Below, in pieces: positions 24,418 to 36,413 of a stretch of 64,000 bases of DNA. Numbering within the stretch: the first letter of the stretch is position 1; every line of letters starts with the position of its first letter. The stretch comes from Ginglymostoma cirratum. Taxonomy: Eukaryota. The stretch is taken from contig JAHRHZ010000101.1 of NCBI GenBank assembly GCA_024137785.1, positions 389,464-453,463 of the forward strand, in the 5' to 3' direction. The translations under genes were made by a program, and so were the position numbers. The notes below the pieces were generated by a model that saw only the letters and a list, made by a program, of their open reading frames with translations, did no database searches and was not told the DNA's origin.

Positions 24418-24715
24418 GGCACAATGGTTCAGTGTTCAGCACTGTTGCCACACAATGCCACAGACCCGGCTTCAATTCTGCCCTCGGGAGATTGTCTATG
24501 TGAAGTTTGCATATTCTCCCCTATTCCTGTGGGTGCTCTGGTTTCCTCCCACAGTCCAAAGATGTGCAGGTTAGGTGGATTGGCCGGGCTAAATTGCCCG
24601 TAGTGTTCGGCGATGTGTGGGTTGTGGGAGGAATGGGATTGGGTGGGATGCTTTGTGGTGTGGTGTAAAATTGTTGGGGTGCAGAGTCTGTTTTCACATT
24701 GTTGGGATTCTATGA
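24418..24715 (+). mobile_element. HE1-like V-SINE
   Basis: GGCACAATGGTTCAGTG, GGTTTCCTCCCACAGTCCAAAGATGTGCAGGTTAGGTGGATTGGCC, tail GGGATTCTATG. Confidence 0.85.
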
Positions 24716-25633
24716 GCGTTATTGTGCGTACACCACTATTAGGGACATATATCACCGAGACTTCAGAGAATTACAAGTGATTTAGGGTCGCCCTGGCTCG
24801 ATGGGCTGAATGGCCATTCGCTGATGACGTCACACTCCCTGCCTTTGAGGCGGATCGGATGAGGGAGAAACAATGACTCATTTTTAAACCTCCCTTCCGC
24901 GTTGTACAGTTTGCAGCCCCGCAATTCAGGGCCGTCGGGGGTGAGTCTCAGTGAGTGAGTGTTTCATTCGGATTCAGTTAATCTGGGACTGTTGGTTTCA
25001 GATATTAACTCCTGCTCTGGATGCAGCAAAGGAACAGGCTTCCACGTTACCAAAGTGTTATTTGCAGGGCTGTTGTGTTCAGACGAATTCTGAACAAGAA
25101 ACAGGCTGCACAGAAAGACCCATTTAAAGTTGCTGAAGGGACTAATCTCCAGTTTCGTGTTCTTTCATTCTCAGCAGCTCTCCAAGCTTCTGTCTGTCTC
25201 TGATAAATGTCATTCGACGGAAGATCCAAGTTGTTATCTATTACTTGCTGCACAAGCCTGATTCCACCGCTTTGTTCCCTCCCTCTTCCAGTGCTTGAGA
25301 GGGAGCTGTAGAGCATATACCATCTCCCAGCACTGCCTGCCCGTGTAGGAAAATGATTTAATGCATCTGTCAATGGAGAGAACCCTGTCCCAGCGGAAGG
25401 GCCAAATAGCACCGTCCCAGGAACAGGGTTCAAAACGAGAAAATGATTTTTGCTGCTTTCACTGCCTGAAGCAACGGGGAATATTATTTTTGTCCAATCA
25501 ACACGTTCAGATATGTTATTACACACCACTGGGGAAGCTAGAACTTGATCTCTGGTCTCTTATATCTGAGGTAGGGACACTATAACTACCTGAGTGGCAT
25601 CTGATTTATTGTTCAGTGGGAATTCATCAGACT

Positions 25634-25718
25634 GGGTCGTTGGTTTCGTGGTCTGATTGGCCCTTCAGCTAGATGTCGTGAGTGCGAGAAGTTGCAGGTT
25701 TGAATCCAGTATGAGGCT
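25634..25718 (+). pseudogene. tRNA-Pro pseudogene with 13-nt intron
   Basis: GGGTCGTTGGTTTCGTGGTCTGATTGGCCCTTCAGC [TAGATGTCGTGAG] TGCGAGAAGTTGCAGGTTTGAATCCAGTATGAGGCT. Confidence 0.7.
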
Positions 25719-26699
25719 GAGATAACAAGCATGGGGCTGGATGAACGCAGCAGGTCAAGCAGCATCATAGGAGCAGGAAAACTTGACGTTTCGGGTCTAG
25801 TTGCTTTTGACATATGTTTTTGTTTTACATGTTTGGGAGAGCATGGAGGCAGCTCTTTATGAAATTAATTTCAGATTATGACAGGAAGGGGTCTTTGCTG
25901 TGAATATATTACATGCATCCACTTTACCTGAGGAAGGAGCCATTGTCCAAAAACTCCTGATTTCAGATAAACCTGTTGGTCTGTCACCTGGTGTCATGTG
26001 ACTTCTGATTTTCTATCACATTCGGATGAAAATGAATCAAGTTTGAAACGATGTACAAATGCAAGTACATCTCTTTTAACTGTCCTTAAATGAAAGTACT
26101 CCGTTTACTAACACTGGTCAATGGAAAGAATTTCTTGCGATCAGCTTAATCAAACTACCAAACCCCATCACTATCCACCACCAACATGATGAACGGCTCC
26201 AAATTTGTCACTTGGTAGGTGGAAACGTGGAAAGGAAACAAAACTGTTTACCCAGTCTCCAGATTCGTAAATCTTTCATCACACTTTGTGATTCAGACTC
26301 AAGGGAAAGTCAAGGGTGAACTTTCTGATTGAGCAGAAAAAGTCAACACACCTTTCCCTTCCTTAAGGCGTGTCGGCATTGATTCTGATGTTCTCAGTGT
26401 TATTACCTGATCTGAGACATTGAAATAATCAGAACTCAATGTAAAGATCAGGAACACAACTAGAATCTCGGTTCTCGAACGACCAGATACTTGGGAACAG
26501 ACAAGAAGTGGAATGGCACAAAGGGAGGTGGTCCTGGTTTCAGGAGAGGTGGCTTCTTGTGACATGGATGACTCTGCAGTCGGTGGGCTAAGACTGTTTC
26601 TGTGTCTCCACAATGAATGTCCCAGACTTTATTTTGGAAAAGTAAAACTGGCAAAGGATAATTGCTATTCTTGTGAAATCGCAATCTTAATCTGAAATT

Positions 26700-26925
26700 T
26701 CATTGTCCATTACTCATTACTCCATAGATAGAGGTGATGAACCACTTTTTTGAACTTCTTGGCATGTAAGTACAGCCACTTTGCCATGAGGGAATAAATT
26801 CCAGGATGTAGACCCAGGTGCACTGAAGGAACTGCGGTGTATTTCCAACTCAGATTGGTGAGATGCTCTGAGTGGATCATGTGAGTGGTAGTATTCCTCT
26901 GTATGTGTTGTCATTGTCCTTTTCG
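26700..26925 (-). mobile_element. LINE/SINE-tail fragment
   Basis: TTCCAGGATGTAGACCCAG..TGAAGGAACTGCGGTGTATTTCCAA resembles the antisense LINE 3' end shared with shark Deu-type SINEs. Confidence 0.5.
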
Positions 26926-27758
26926 ACTGAAGGAAACTCTCATTTGGCTGATTCTGGCAGATTCGGAGTTAGTGTTCTCTTTGTAACCGGGAATTCATTT
27001 TCTTTCAGATAATTCAGACAAGAGAAAATAATTTTCATTTCCTAACTTTGAATTGTGCCCAGGTCTTGGTGATGCAAGCTTTGAATCTTAACGACTGGAA
27101 CAACAGATATGCTGACAGTAACCCTTGCGACCTGATTGAACATGGTATTGTGTCATTTCTTCACATCAGAACCACCTTCACCACAAATGTTTCTCTCCCT
27201 AAACTTTGAAATGATTCAAATTGTCACCCGAGTTTCAATGTAAAGAAAGTGGAGATGTGATAATCTGGTGTTGTTCAGCAGACATACTGCAGGAAGGTAC
27301 AGAACAACGTGATGCCAGCTGGGTCCTGTTTGGAGGCACTGAGCTGCAGTGAAAAGGCAGCACCATTAAAGTTATTGCTCAACTCGTCTGATTTCAGGGG
27401 CCAGGTTATAAATGACGAGAAGCTTCACACTGAATTTGTTCAGGAATTTGACCTGAAGAGGCAATCACTCAAAGCATGAGAATGCATTTCACTGAATTAA
27501 ATCATAAAGTACTGGACTGACTGTGAGTAAAACGACGGAAAGTTTCAGCACAGAAACAGGCGGCACCGAAGCAGGCACCTGAGGACAAATGTGTTTCCTT
27601 TGCCAGTGAAATTCACCGCTTCGTAAAGTATGGACCGTTGAAATGAAGCAGTGACGATGATTATATTTGCTGGTTGTTCACCTTGTGAATGTTACCATTG
27701 CTGCTTATGTCCCTGTTAATACCACAACTCTGTAGCATGTTAACGTTAGATATGTAGA

Positions 27759-27830
27759 GGGCCAGCAGAGCAACAGATCATGCGCTTGGGTATGAATCAG
27801 ATGACTGTCGGTTAATTCTTATGCGGCTGA
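27759..27830 (+). pseudogene. tRNA-Arg(ACG) pseudogene
   Basis: GGGCCAGCAGAGCAACAGATCATGCG..TATGAATCAGATGACT..GGCTGA; follows the same upstream module as the other Arg-ACG copies. Confidence 0.55.
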
Positions 27831-28303
27831 AGTGCAATTTGCAACTTCTTTAAATTACCATCCTCATCTTTCTCACTGTTCTGATGCCCTGATCAGGTTT
27901 GAATCTGATCTGCAGAAACCGGAATCCTTTCATTGCCTCACATCTGTAAATGTCACTGAGAATATTGGAGTCAGTGTCGCAGCGTCATCAGAGGAGGGGA
28001 AGCTGAAGTCGTACAAAAAACTGTTTTTTCGCACCTTTTAAATTCCCAAACCACCCAATCACTGCAGCTCCTTGGAATGTTTACGAAACAGAATTTAGAA
28101 ATACACTAGTCTCAACTTGGTGAATCTTTAGAACTGGGAATCAAAGGCACATGAAGGGTGAACTGTCCGACTCAGCAAAGACAGCCAAACTACCTTCCCT
28201 TCTTTAAGGGACCAGGACATTCATTGATCTGAGGCTTTGGAAGGATTCCCACCAGGCGCTGCTCGGCTTTTGCGGCTGTTATTGTGAGGTTAGTAACTCC
28301 TCA

Positions 28304-28375
28304 TTCCCTGAGCAGAGCTCGAGCCCAGGCAACAGTGGAGAAAATACTATACCCTGGCCACCATACCACCTGGGA
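28304..28375 (-). pseudogene. tRNA-Glu(TTC) pseudogene
   Basis: Reverse complement TCCCAGGTGGTATGGTGGCCAGGG..CCTGGGCTCGAGCTCTGCTCAGGGAA, 72 nt. Confidence 0.65.
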
Positions 28376-29231
28376 ACAAGCAAACTTGCATCATTTCTTA
28401 ATAACACAGCTTCTGGATTTTATTTCATTGGTAATAAGTTGCTCCTGCAAAATGATCACATCATTGAGTTTTTACAGCTTGGAAAGAGGCCGATCATCCC
28501 AGTTTCCAGCACTTGTCTTTTTAGCCTTGTGTGCTCTCTTGCTTCAAGTGTTCATTTCAATGTTATTTTCGCTGTAACATTTTAATCTCACGCATCACGA
28601 CCAATGAGACTTAAGTTTGAGATGGGTAAACTGTGTTCATGCCCCCCTGGGAAAGTGAACCTTATTTTCACTCACATGAAGGAAACAAGCAAGGACACCT
28701 TCCAACGAGAGTGCCAGACGTTTTAGGAGAAAGTAACCGCAGGAAGCAGAATTCCACTCACCTGGCTCTGTTGTCCCATTTCAGAAATTCAATTCTGTTT
28801 ACAGCAACAAAAGGAAGCATTCGGCCGCTGCCCTGGGTTCGTGTTCCTCCCTCGTTGTTCAACTGTCACCCTGCAGTTTAGGAGATAGTAGGAACTGCGG
28901 ATTCTGGAGAATCTGAGATAACAAGGTGCAGAGCTGAATGAACACAGCAGAGCAAGCAGCATCAGAGGAGAAGGAAAGCTAAAGTTTCGGGCGTCGACCC
29001 CTCTTCTGCAACTGAAACTGCTTCACCTCGCTCTTCCGGCAAAACTTCGCTCACGTCAGCTGCTTCCTGCCCAACCGAATGGTCTTCCTCAACTTCTCGG
29101 AAGGACAAACTGGAACGTGGAATTTGAAACACATTTCTGGCCTGTGGAGAAAATGAAATTGTCATAATCTCAGATAATACTTCAAGGGCTACTTTTGATC
29201 TTGGAAGCAGCGGGTGTACAAAAATTGCCCC

Positions 29232-29304
29232 AGGCTTCAGTGGAAGTTGAACGCACGACTCTTGATTTATAAGACCAGAACTCTAACCACTGAGCTATGG
29301 AGCC
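29232..29304 (-). pseudogene. tRNA-Thr(TGT) pseudogene (anticodon now TAT)
   Basis: Reverse complement GGCTCCATAGCTCAGTGGTTAGAGTTCTGGTCTTATAAATCAAGAGTCGTGCGTTCAACTTCCACTGAAGCCT. Confidence 0.85.
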
Positions 29305-29489
29305 AGTAACATAGGCATGGAAAGAGGAGCTCATGTATTAGAAACAACAAAGAACTAGCTAATTGGAGACCTTGTGCATAATTTACCAAGACGTCACAAA
29401 ACCGAAACAGAGCAGAGGGATATCACGTGCAGAAAGACAGGAGAATGAAGGGCTGAATCAGAAAGTGTCCTGAGTGACCCAGCAGATCT

Positions 29490-29535
29490 TTCCTGGTAGT
29501 CCAGTGATCAAAATTCAGTGCCTTCCCTGTTAATG
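29490..29535 (+). pseudogene. tRNA-Glu 5' fragment
   Basis: TTCCTGGTAGTCCAGTGATCAAAATTCAGTGCCTTC vs TCCCTGGTGGTCTAGTGGTTAGGATTCGGCGCTTTC. Confidence 0.5.
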
Positions 29536-29944
29536 GTTATCATTTACAGCAATAAATATGAAATATTGACTGATCTTTAGAAGCAGAATTATGTCATTGA
29601 CCAGTGAAAATCGCTTCACTCCATGTTACAGTTCCACATCAGCAATGCCAGCTGCAACTGTCTGACGTGCAATCGGTTTAAAACAAGAATAGAGGGGAGG
29701 TCAGGAAAAGTGAAGAGTAACGGTAGTTTGTGAGAGTTAATTGCAGGCCGAGAGGAGCAGGCTCAATGTGAGTGCTGAAGACCAGTCTTCACTGTTTACC
29801 CTGTTATACAGATCACATTGAATCAATCACACAAGGACTCTCCTTTGTGTGTTGTCCTTTGCACATCACAACTCGTTTCAGTGCCTCGAGGGGTTCAGAA
29901 ACTTTTAATTTGGCAACGAACTCAGGTCAGTGGTCCACAAACTA

Positions 29945-30722
29945 AGCTGTGTTCTGACACTATTTAAACGGGCCACCACTCATTGCAATGACCTCGTACT
30001 GTGCAGAAAGAGGAAGAACATCAATACAAAATCTTAGTTTTGAACGGATATCCCTGCAATTTCATTCAAAGGTGCCTACTAAATCGCAACACGAAGAGGA
30101 CACATTATGCCCTAACGCACTGGCCACACTGCCACACATCAAGAACATATTAGAAGTGACAACTCCTGTGACCACTAGGAATTACAGTCGCACACAAGCC
30201 CACAGCCATGCTACGACATCCACTCACAAGGAGTAAAGACCCCATACCCACGACATGCAGAACCGACATAGTTTACATAATACCGTGCAACAACTGCCAC
30301 AAACATATCAGAGAGACAGGAAGGAAACTAGCCATCCGAATACACGAACATCAGCTAGCAGCAAAATGACACCATGAACTTACCCGAATATCATTTCACT
30401 CGGATAATGAAGGCCAACAGTTTAACTGGGACAACATAACCGTGGTAGCCCAAGCCAAATATAGACACACATGGGAATTCCTAGAGGAATGGTTCTCAAT
30501 CCATAATGCAATCAGAAAACATAGAATTGGACCCCATATACAACCCACACTGAACAGAACCAGAAATGACAGAACTCACCGCAACAGTCCGGACAATATA
30601 AATTCCAAGTGGAGGAGAACAACAGTGCTTCATCGTAAGTCTCACTCATGAAGTTACCTCGCATGGTGATGAAACGTCTGAACGAAAACAAGCCAGCTGA
30701 TAGAGCAAGTTAACAACATCAA
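29945..30722 (+). mobile_element. 5'-truncated Penelope-like retroelement (GIY-YIG endonuclease end plus terminal repeat)
   Basis: Translation KDPIPTTCRTDIVYIIPCNNCHKHIRETGRKLAIRIHEHQLA (GIY-YIG) with stops and frameshifts; terminal hammerhead-like motif at 30642-30681. Confidence 0.85.
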
Positions 30723-31101
30723 CTTTACTGTTTAATGTGTGGCTCATTGTCAGTCTTTGTGATATTTTCCACACACTGTTCTACCCAATTCTTCCGCGGT
30801 ACACAAGGTTCCCCGACAAAAGGCAGCTTTTTGTGGAACACAAGTAGTTTCTCCTGACAATGGGTACTGTTGTCATGAGCTGGGATATGAAATAGACCAT
30901 GAGCTGAAGTAGCTCCACACTCATGTTACATTTACCTTTCAATTTCAATTTTCAATTTCCAAACCCAGAGATCCACTCACTTCAGCTGCTGGGAATCTGA
31001 CAAAAACAGCGCTGGGCATATATTTCTCTTTGGAAGCATCTGCCAATTTACAAGGGTAGAAAAGCTGTCAACCTCATTCGAGTGAGGGAGGATACAACAT
31101 T

Positions 31102-31150
31102 TCAATTTCCACACCGAAGTCAAACGCCGTATCAATAACACCACTGGTTC
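31102..31150 (-). pseudogene. tRNA-Arg(ACG) 5' fragment
   Basis: Reverse complement GAACCAGTGGTGTTATTGATACGGCGTTTGACTTCGG; paralog of 12622. Confidence 0.55.
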
Positions 31151-31449
31151 CACACGTCTTGCTGCAGCTTTCATCTTGTTGATTTGTGATGTAATCAGGA
31201 ATACCGGCAGAAAAAGCATTTTCAAGGTGAATATCCAGCAAAATAATTACAGTCACTGCTGCACTTCAATGTTCTCCACTATGTAAAGCGGTGAATTTCA
31301 CTGGCAAAGAAAACACATTTGACCTTTTATGCCTGCTTCACTGTCACCCGTTTCTCTGCCATCAGTTTCCCTGCTGGAACTTGCCGTCAATTTTTACAGT
31401 CATTGCGAAGTTCTGTCTCTATTATCTTTTCTAAATTATCTCCTCGCAA

Positions 31450-31880
31450 CTTACAAATGTCCCCTAGCCTTGAAATCTCCCACCCTCGTGAAAAAAACAA
31501 CGACCATTAGTATTATCTACACGTCTCGTTATTTTATAACCTTCTGTCAGGTCACCTGTCAACCCCAGAATCACCAGCGAAAAAGTGCAAGTCTATCCAA
31601 AATTTCTTTGTAAATCAAACCTTTCATCCCAGGCAACATCCTGGTAAATCTCTTCTTAACACTCACCAGCTTAACAATATGCCTCCTGTAATTGAGCGAC
31701 ATAAACTGCACACTGTATTCCAGAAGAGGCCTCACCAACATCCCATACAATCTCACTATGACTTCCCAACTCCTGTACTGAAACGATTGAGCAATGAAGG
31801 CAGGCGTGCCAAAAGCCTGTTTAACCTCTCCATGTGTTATGTAAACTTCAAAAAATTATATACTTGTATTCGAGGTCCCT
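31450..31880 (-). mobile_element. CR1 LINE RT fragment
   Basis: ORF 31571-31756 LYGMLVRPLLEYSVQF..VKKRFTRMLPGMKGLIYKEILDRL. Confidence 0.9.
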
Positions 31881-32625
31881 GAGGAGACACCTTAACAGTG
31901 AGACTAAGTCTGTAGGAGGGTGGGGAAGAGTTATGAATTTCTATGACTTCACGTCTGAAGAAATTTATTGTACATATGCAGCTGAATAAGATCGGCAATT
32001 CATTCTCCGTGAAGAACTATAAATGAAACTGTACATATTCTTCAATTAAAAAGAAAAGCTAGACCCTCTCGAGTCAGAAGACAACAGTCGCTCGGAGACG
32101 CAATTCCCACTTTCAAATGTCGCCTCAACTATTCGACCACATTCCGATGATGTTGGGAACATTTCATACTTTCCGAAATCGACCCAAGAAATCCACAAAC
32201 AAGGCTCTGTCTCCTTGCGTTTTGATCCCTCCCTTCCTCTCAGCAGCTCTTTATTATCAGTTGACAAAAATATTGACCAAATTTGAATGTAACATTCGCA
32301 CGTTTCAACGAGATAAATTCAATTTCTGTTTAATTGTTTCAATGAACTGAGAAGTTTGCATCAAATTGAATGAATTGAATCGAGTTAAACAGCTTTTTCC
32401 CGCAACTTCGCTCAATTTTGAATAGCCATATGAGAAATGTTTGCGATCTGGAAAAAAAATCATCTTTTATTTTCTCTCGCAAATTTTTTTTCACATTTTG
32501 AACATTTCCAAGACGTTTGTTGATCGTTGAGTCATTTCCAAATCCTCAGAAACTGGCAATTTCCCAGAAACTTTGTTCAAAATTGACGTTACTCCTTAGC
32601 GTCTTCTCCCAAGACAAATTAAAAC

Positions 32626-32721
32626 CGCGCCAGCAGAGACACGGATTCACAACCTCAGCATTACACACGCCTCTACACTGTCATTTCAACGCTGCAGGCT
32701 AACCGATTGCACCACTGGTGA
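32626..32721 (-). pseudogene. tRNA-Ile(TAT) pseudogene with 22-nt intron
   Basis: Reverse complement TCACCAGTGGTGCAATCGGTTAGC..[TGACAGTGTAGAGGCGTGTGTA]ATGCTGAGGTTGTGAATCCG; 96 nt. Confidence 0.75.
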
Positions 32722-33039
32722 GACACACACTTAATATTTCCAATTATCCCTCATCAGTTGGCAAATCGGCTGTGAACCTGAATGAAATTATTCTCTTCAC
32801 AAGTGGTTCCTGACTTTTTTGAGAAAATTACTGAACTACAGACTGCGAAACTGGCCTGATTACTGCTTTATACATTTTCAGCATTTTCCGAAAGTGTTCC
32901 CTGAGCCTTTGATGTTTCCAGCCTGTAGAAATCTGTCAATCACGTTCTTGCTAGGGTTGCACAGTTTGGAATGTCGGGCGAAGCTAGCGAAATTTCTTTG
33001 CAACGTTGGAGGATGAGAACTTCGAGAAGTTTTTAAAAT

Positions 33040-33380
33040 CATGAGGGATATGAACAGGGTGAATGGTCGAGGTCTTTTTTCACCAGGTGGGCGAGTCCAA
33101 AACTACAGGGCATATATTTAAGGTGAGAGGGGGAAAATGAAATAGGAGCTGAGGGGCATTTTTCATGCTGAAGGCTGTACGTGTATGGAATGAACTGACG
33201 GAGGAAGTTGTGGAGACTGGTGAAATGATAACATTTCAAAGGCAGCTGGGTGCGTGCATGAATCGGAAATGTTTCGAGGGATAACGGCCAAATACTGGAA
33301 AATGGGGCTAAATTAATTTCGGATATCCGGTCGGCATGTACGAAGTGCACCGAAGTGTCTGTTCACTTGCTGTCCATCCT
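33040..33380 (+). mobile_element. CR1 LINE 3' end
   Basis: ATCATGAGGGATATG..GAGTCCAAAACTACAGGGCATATATTTAAGGTGAGAGGGG..TGGAATGAACTG; paralogous copies at 58880-59200 and 62260-62580. Confidence 0.85.
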
Positions 33381-33441
33381 GACGACGCAACAGTTGCTAA
33401 CCTAAAGTTTAATCATTTGTTTGCAGGCATCACTGGGCCCT

Positions 33442-33515
33442 GTCTTTGTGGTGCCATCGGTTCGCGCATTTGGCTGTGAATTGAAAGGCTGGTAGTTCGA
33501 CCCCGCCCAGAGACA
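33442..33515 (+). pseudogene. tRNA-Asn pseudogene (anticodon now GTG)
   Basis: GTCTTTGTGGTGCCATCGGTTCGCGCATTTGGCTGTGAATTGAAAGGCTGGTAGTTCGACCCCGCCCAGAGACA, 74 nt. Confidence 0.85.
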
Positions 33516-34689
33516 AAGGGGCTGTCTTTCTTTTATCTCCGTGAGAATTTTGGCTTTAAGAGAGTAACAGTGTGAGCTCCTCAGGTATTGAGCGAATCCC
33601 CAAACAGACAGCTCTTAACGCGCAACCGAAGCAAAAATGGCAAGGCGAATGCAGTTGCAGACACTGCAAAGCATGAATGCTGTCTGTGAGATACCTCGAC
33701 TTGTCTATGTCACAAAGCACTCACACAAGTGGCAGCGGGACAATTCCAAACTGTGCTTCCAATAATACTGGGAGTTTCGTCCAACGCCACTTTCCAGAAA
33801 GTGTTCACATAAGGGAAAATCAGAACAAAATTGGAATGACCCATGAAAAGTGTTGATTAGCAATCACAGTCTCAAAGAGGCTGGGTTTCCCTTCTGAGCA
33901 ACAATGCAGGTGTGCCTGCATGGCAATGATTGCAGCGAAGGCACAGGGGAAGGCTTCAAGGATCCCGAGCCCGTACATTTTTTTAACTATTCGGATATGC
34001 CCAGCTACAATATCAATTTCCCACCAGATACTGATAGCCCATCCAGCAAAACAAACAGCCATGTACAGCAGAGTCTACCTTGTGAGACTTGGTCGAGCAA
34101 CAAATGCAATGCACCTGTGAGAAACTGTATTTGGTTCTGCTTCGATAAAGAAAATATGAACTGTACAACATTTCGGGAACTTAGATTTTCACTTTGGAGA
34201 ATGATTTTGCTCATTGCTCGGAGCAGAACAGCTGTCGCATTTACAAGTCTTCTGAAGGAATAAAGAAAATAAAGTCCTTTGATCATATTTGAACATGTGT
34301 TAAAATATGCACCATTCCAAAGGTTTACAAAGTGCACAAGATTGGAAACTGTGGAAGAATATAATGGGCATTGGGCACATGCTTTTATGTAATATACTGG
34401 AAAAAACAGGAAGATCAGTACCCTCTGTCATTTGTGCAGCCATCTGTAAGCTTATGACCTTCAGTCTAACATTCCCACTCCTTGTTTTCCATTTAAAGCT
34501 TGGATTCATCATCAGTCTGAATTTTCACCAAGCAGCTAATTAAACTGATAACGCTACAGGCAGACGGATGTCGAGTGTAATTCGGGCCAGAAGCAGGCAG
34601 CGAATCAGAGAGTTGGCAAATTGATATCACGTATGAGAACAAGAAAAAAAAATTTGGAACGTATAAGCTTGACGCATTGAATAAGATGC

Positions 34690-35280
34690 AGGGGCCACAA
34701 TAGATCAGACGGTCCATTGTATCCGCTCCCTTATTCCACGAGATCATGGATAATCTGATCATCTAGAGACGCCACTTCCATGTCTTATCCTTCATATCCT
34801 TAGTAATTAAAAATGTCTATCTGAGCTTTGATTATACTTATCGACCCACCCTAACAGCCCTCTGTAGTAAAGAATTCCACAGATTCATAGACCCTGAGAG
34901 AAAATGAATCCTGCTCAACTCTGTCCTCAGTGGGTGACTCATCAGACTGAGATGATGCCCTCTGGTCCTGAACTCTTCCACACAGAGAAAACATCCTCCA
35001 CACGTTTGTCTTGTCAAGCCCCCTAAGTTTATTAACTGTTTCAATGCAGTCTTCACTCATTCGTTTAAAGTCCAATGAGTACAGGCCGAACCTACTCAAT
35101 TTCTCCTCACACGAAAATCCTTCGACACACCAGAGAACGCAGTGAACCTTTACTGCACTGACCCAATGCTAATGTATATTTCTTTAGATGTGGGTTCCAA
35201 AGCTGAAAACTGTATTCTGGCTGTACCTTGTATAACCGTAACAATCCCTCTGGACATTAATTGTCCATTCTCTTTGAAGC
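34690..35280 (-). mobile_element. CR1 LINE 3' fragment
   Basis: ORF fragments SRFGLYSLDFKRM and RTRGHHL..NLWNSL. Confidence 0.85.
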
Positions 35281-36331
35281 TTCATTAAAGTTGATTTTCG
35301 TCAACTGACGAAGGAGCCGCTCTCCAAATGCTTTCTATTTCAAATAAAGCTGTTGGACTTTTGACTTCTGACTCATAATTTAACTTCTTACTTATTTGAG
35401 TGTCATTCACATAGTTGACAATGATACATTCACTTCAATCATGTCAGTCATTGGTTGTGTCTTGAGGGGAAAGTGACTGATGTGAAATGATGTTGAACTT
35501 CCCATGAATCAGCAAACTGCAGGAATTCAGAACTATGTGCCTGATGCTGTCATACCTTCGTTTCGCCTACAATGCGGTCCCTGGTCAGGGAATAATGCCT
35601 TAATTGTTTTGCGTATATTTTCTGAAGGAAGGTGACTTGCAAAGTGTTTGAAAACTAAAGGGTCACAGCAGCTCTGGCAGAACCAGTTGAGTTGAAAGTT
35701 CAACTTTCACATCAGAGCTCGAGATCACAGTCAGATAATAGATCGAGGAAACAACATGGAAAAGAGGCGATGGAGTGAAAGAGGAGGGAAAGTGAGGGAC
35801 ATGAAAAGTTGGAAAACTGGACATGGGAACGGGAAAGGAGCTGGAGCTGGAAGGTTCATTGTGGGACCTAATTGGTCATATTCTTCTGCATGCCATTTGA
35901 ATGGACCCACGCAGCAGTCCTGTTTTAACAATACAACTCGCTTCAATTTGAAGTGTTCATGAATGTTGCTGTCCCAAAATGATTCAATCATTCACCACTT
36001 GAGAGATACCTTTGGTTTCTGGTTTATTGTCACTCCTGAGACCTTTGTCGCTCCCAGTGGATATATCTGAGTGCCTCTCTGTCCGTATCAAGTGTAGGAG
36101 AATTGAAATGTTGACTGAACAGCTCCTTCAGTCTGTATCGGGCGAGTTGGTCAGATTGATCCGATTGCAACAAAACGCTCCCCACTATCTTCTCAGGGGC
36201 AACTGGAAAGTTGGAATAAATGCTGAAGTACTTACATTCAGGGGAAGAATTTTAAAAAATGAGAAGCTCGAAGTTTCATCAGATTGATTAATGTTCTAAT
36301 TCACAGTAAACACTAGTCATGACGATGTTGG

Positions 36332-36413
36332 TACCTGAACTTCTCGTGGTCTAAGGCGACGGATTTAAGCTCCAGTCTTTGTTGTGTCAAAAGTTCGAAT
36401 CCCATCGCTACGA
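36332..36413 (+). pseudogene. tRNA-Leu(TAG-type) pseudogene
   Basis: GGTCTAAGGCGACGGATTTAAGCTCCAGTCT..GTTCGAATCCCATCGCTACGA; 5' end lost. Confidence 0.7.

Larger units (their letters stand above)
20600..26700. repeat. Large degenerate inverted duplication (arms about 20600-22800 and 24130-26700)
   Basis: Reverse-complement matches 20610-21000/26300-26700, 21030-21210/26090-26290, 21540-22160/24860-25480 and 22670-22790/24150-24255. Confidence 0.85.
30760..34270 (-). repeat. Inverted copy of the 60870-64000 / 10780-13010 block
   Basis: Same order in reverse (spacer, Asn, CR1, Ile-TAT, CR1, Arg-ACG fragment) with visible colinear identity. Confidence 0.85.

Noticed and set aside
27057-27125. 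Possible tRNA-Sec (+) or tRNA-Gly(TCC) (-) remnant
   Set aside because: Only patchy similarity (GATGCAAGCTTTGAATCT), no B-box or pairing stems, and two incompatible assignments.
28344-28376. 5S rRNA-like GGCCACCATACCACCTG
   Set aside because: It is the reverse complement of the 5' end of the Glu pseudogene at 28304-28375.
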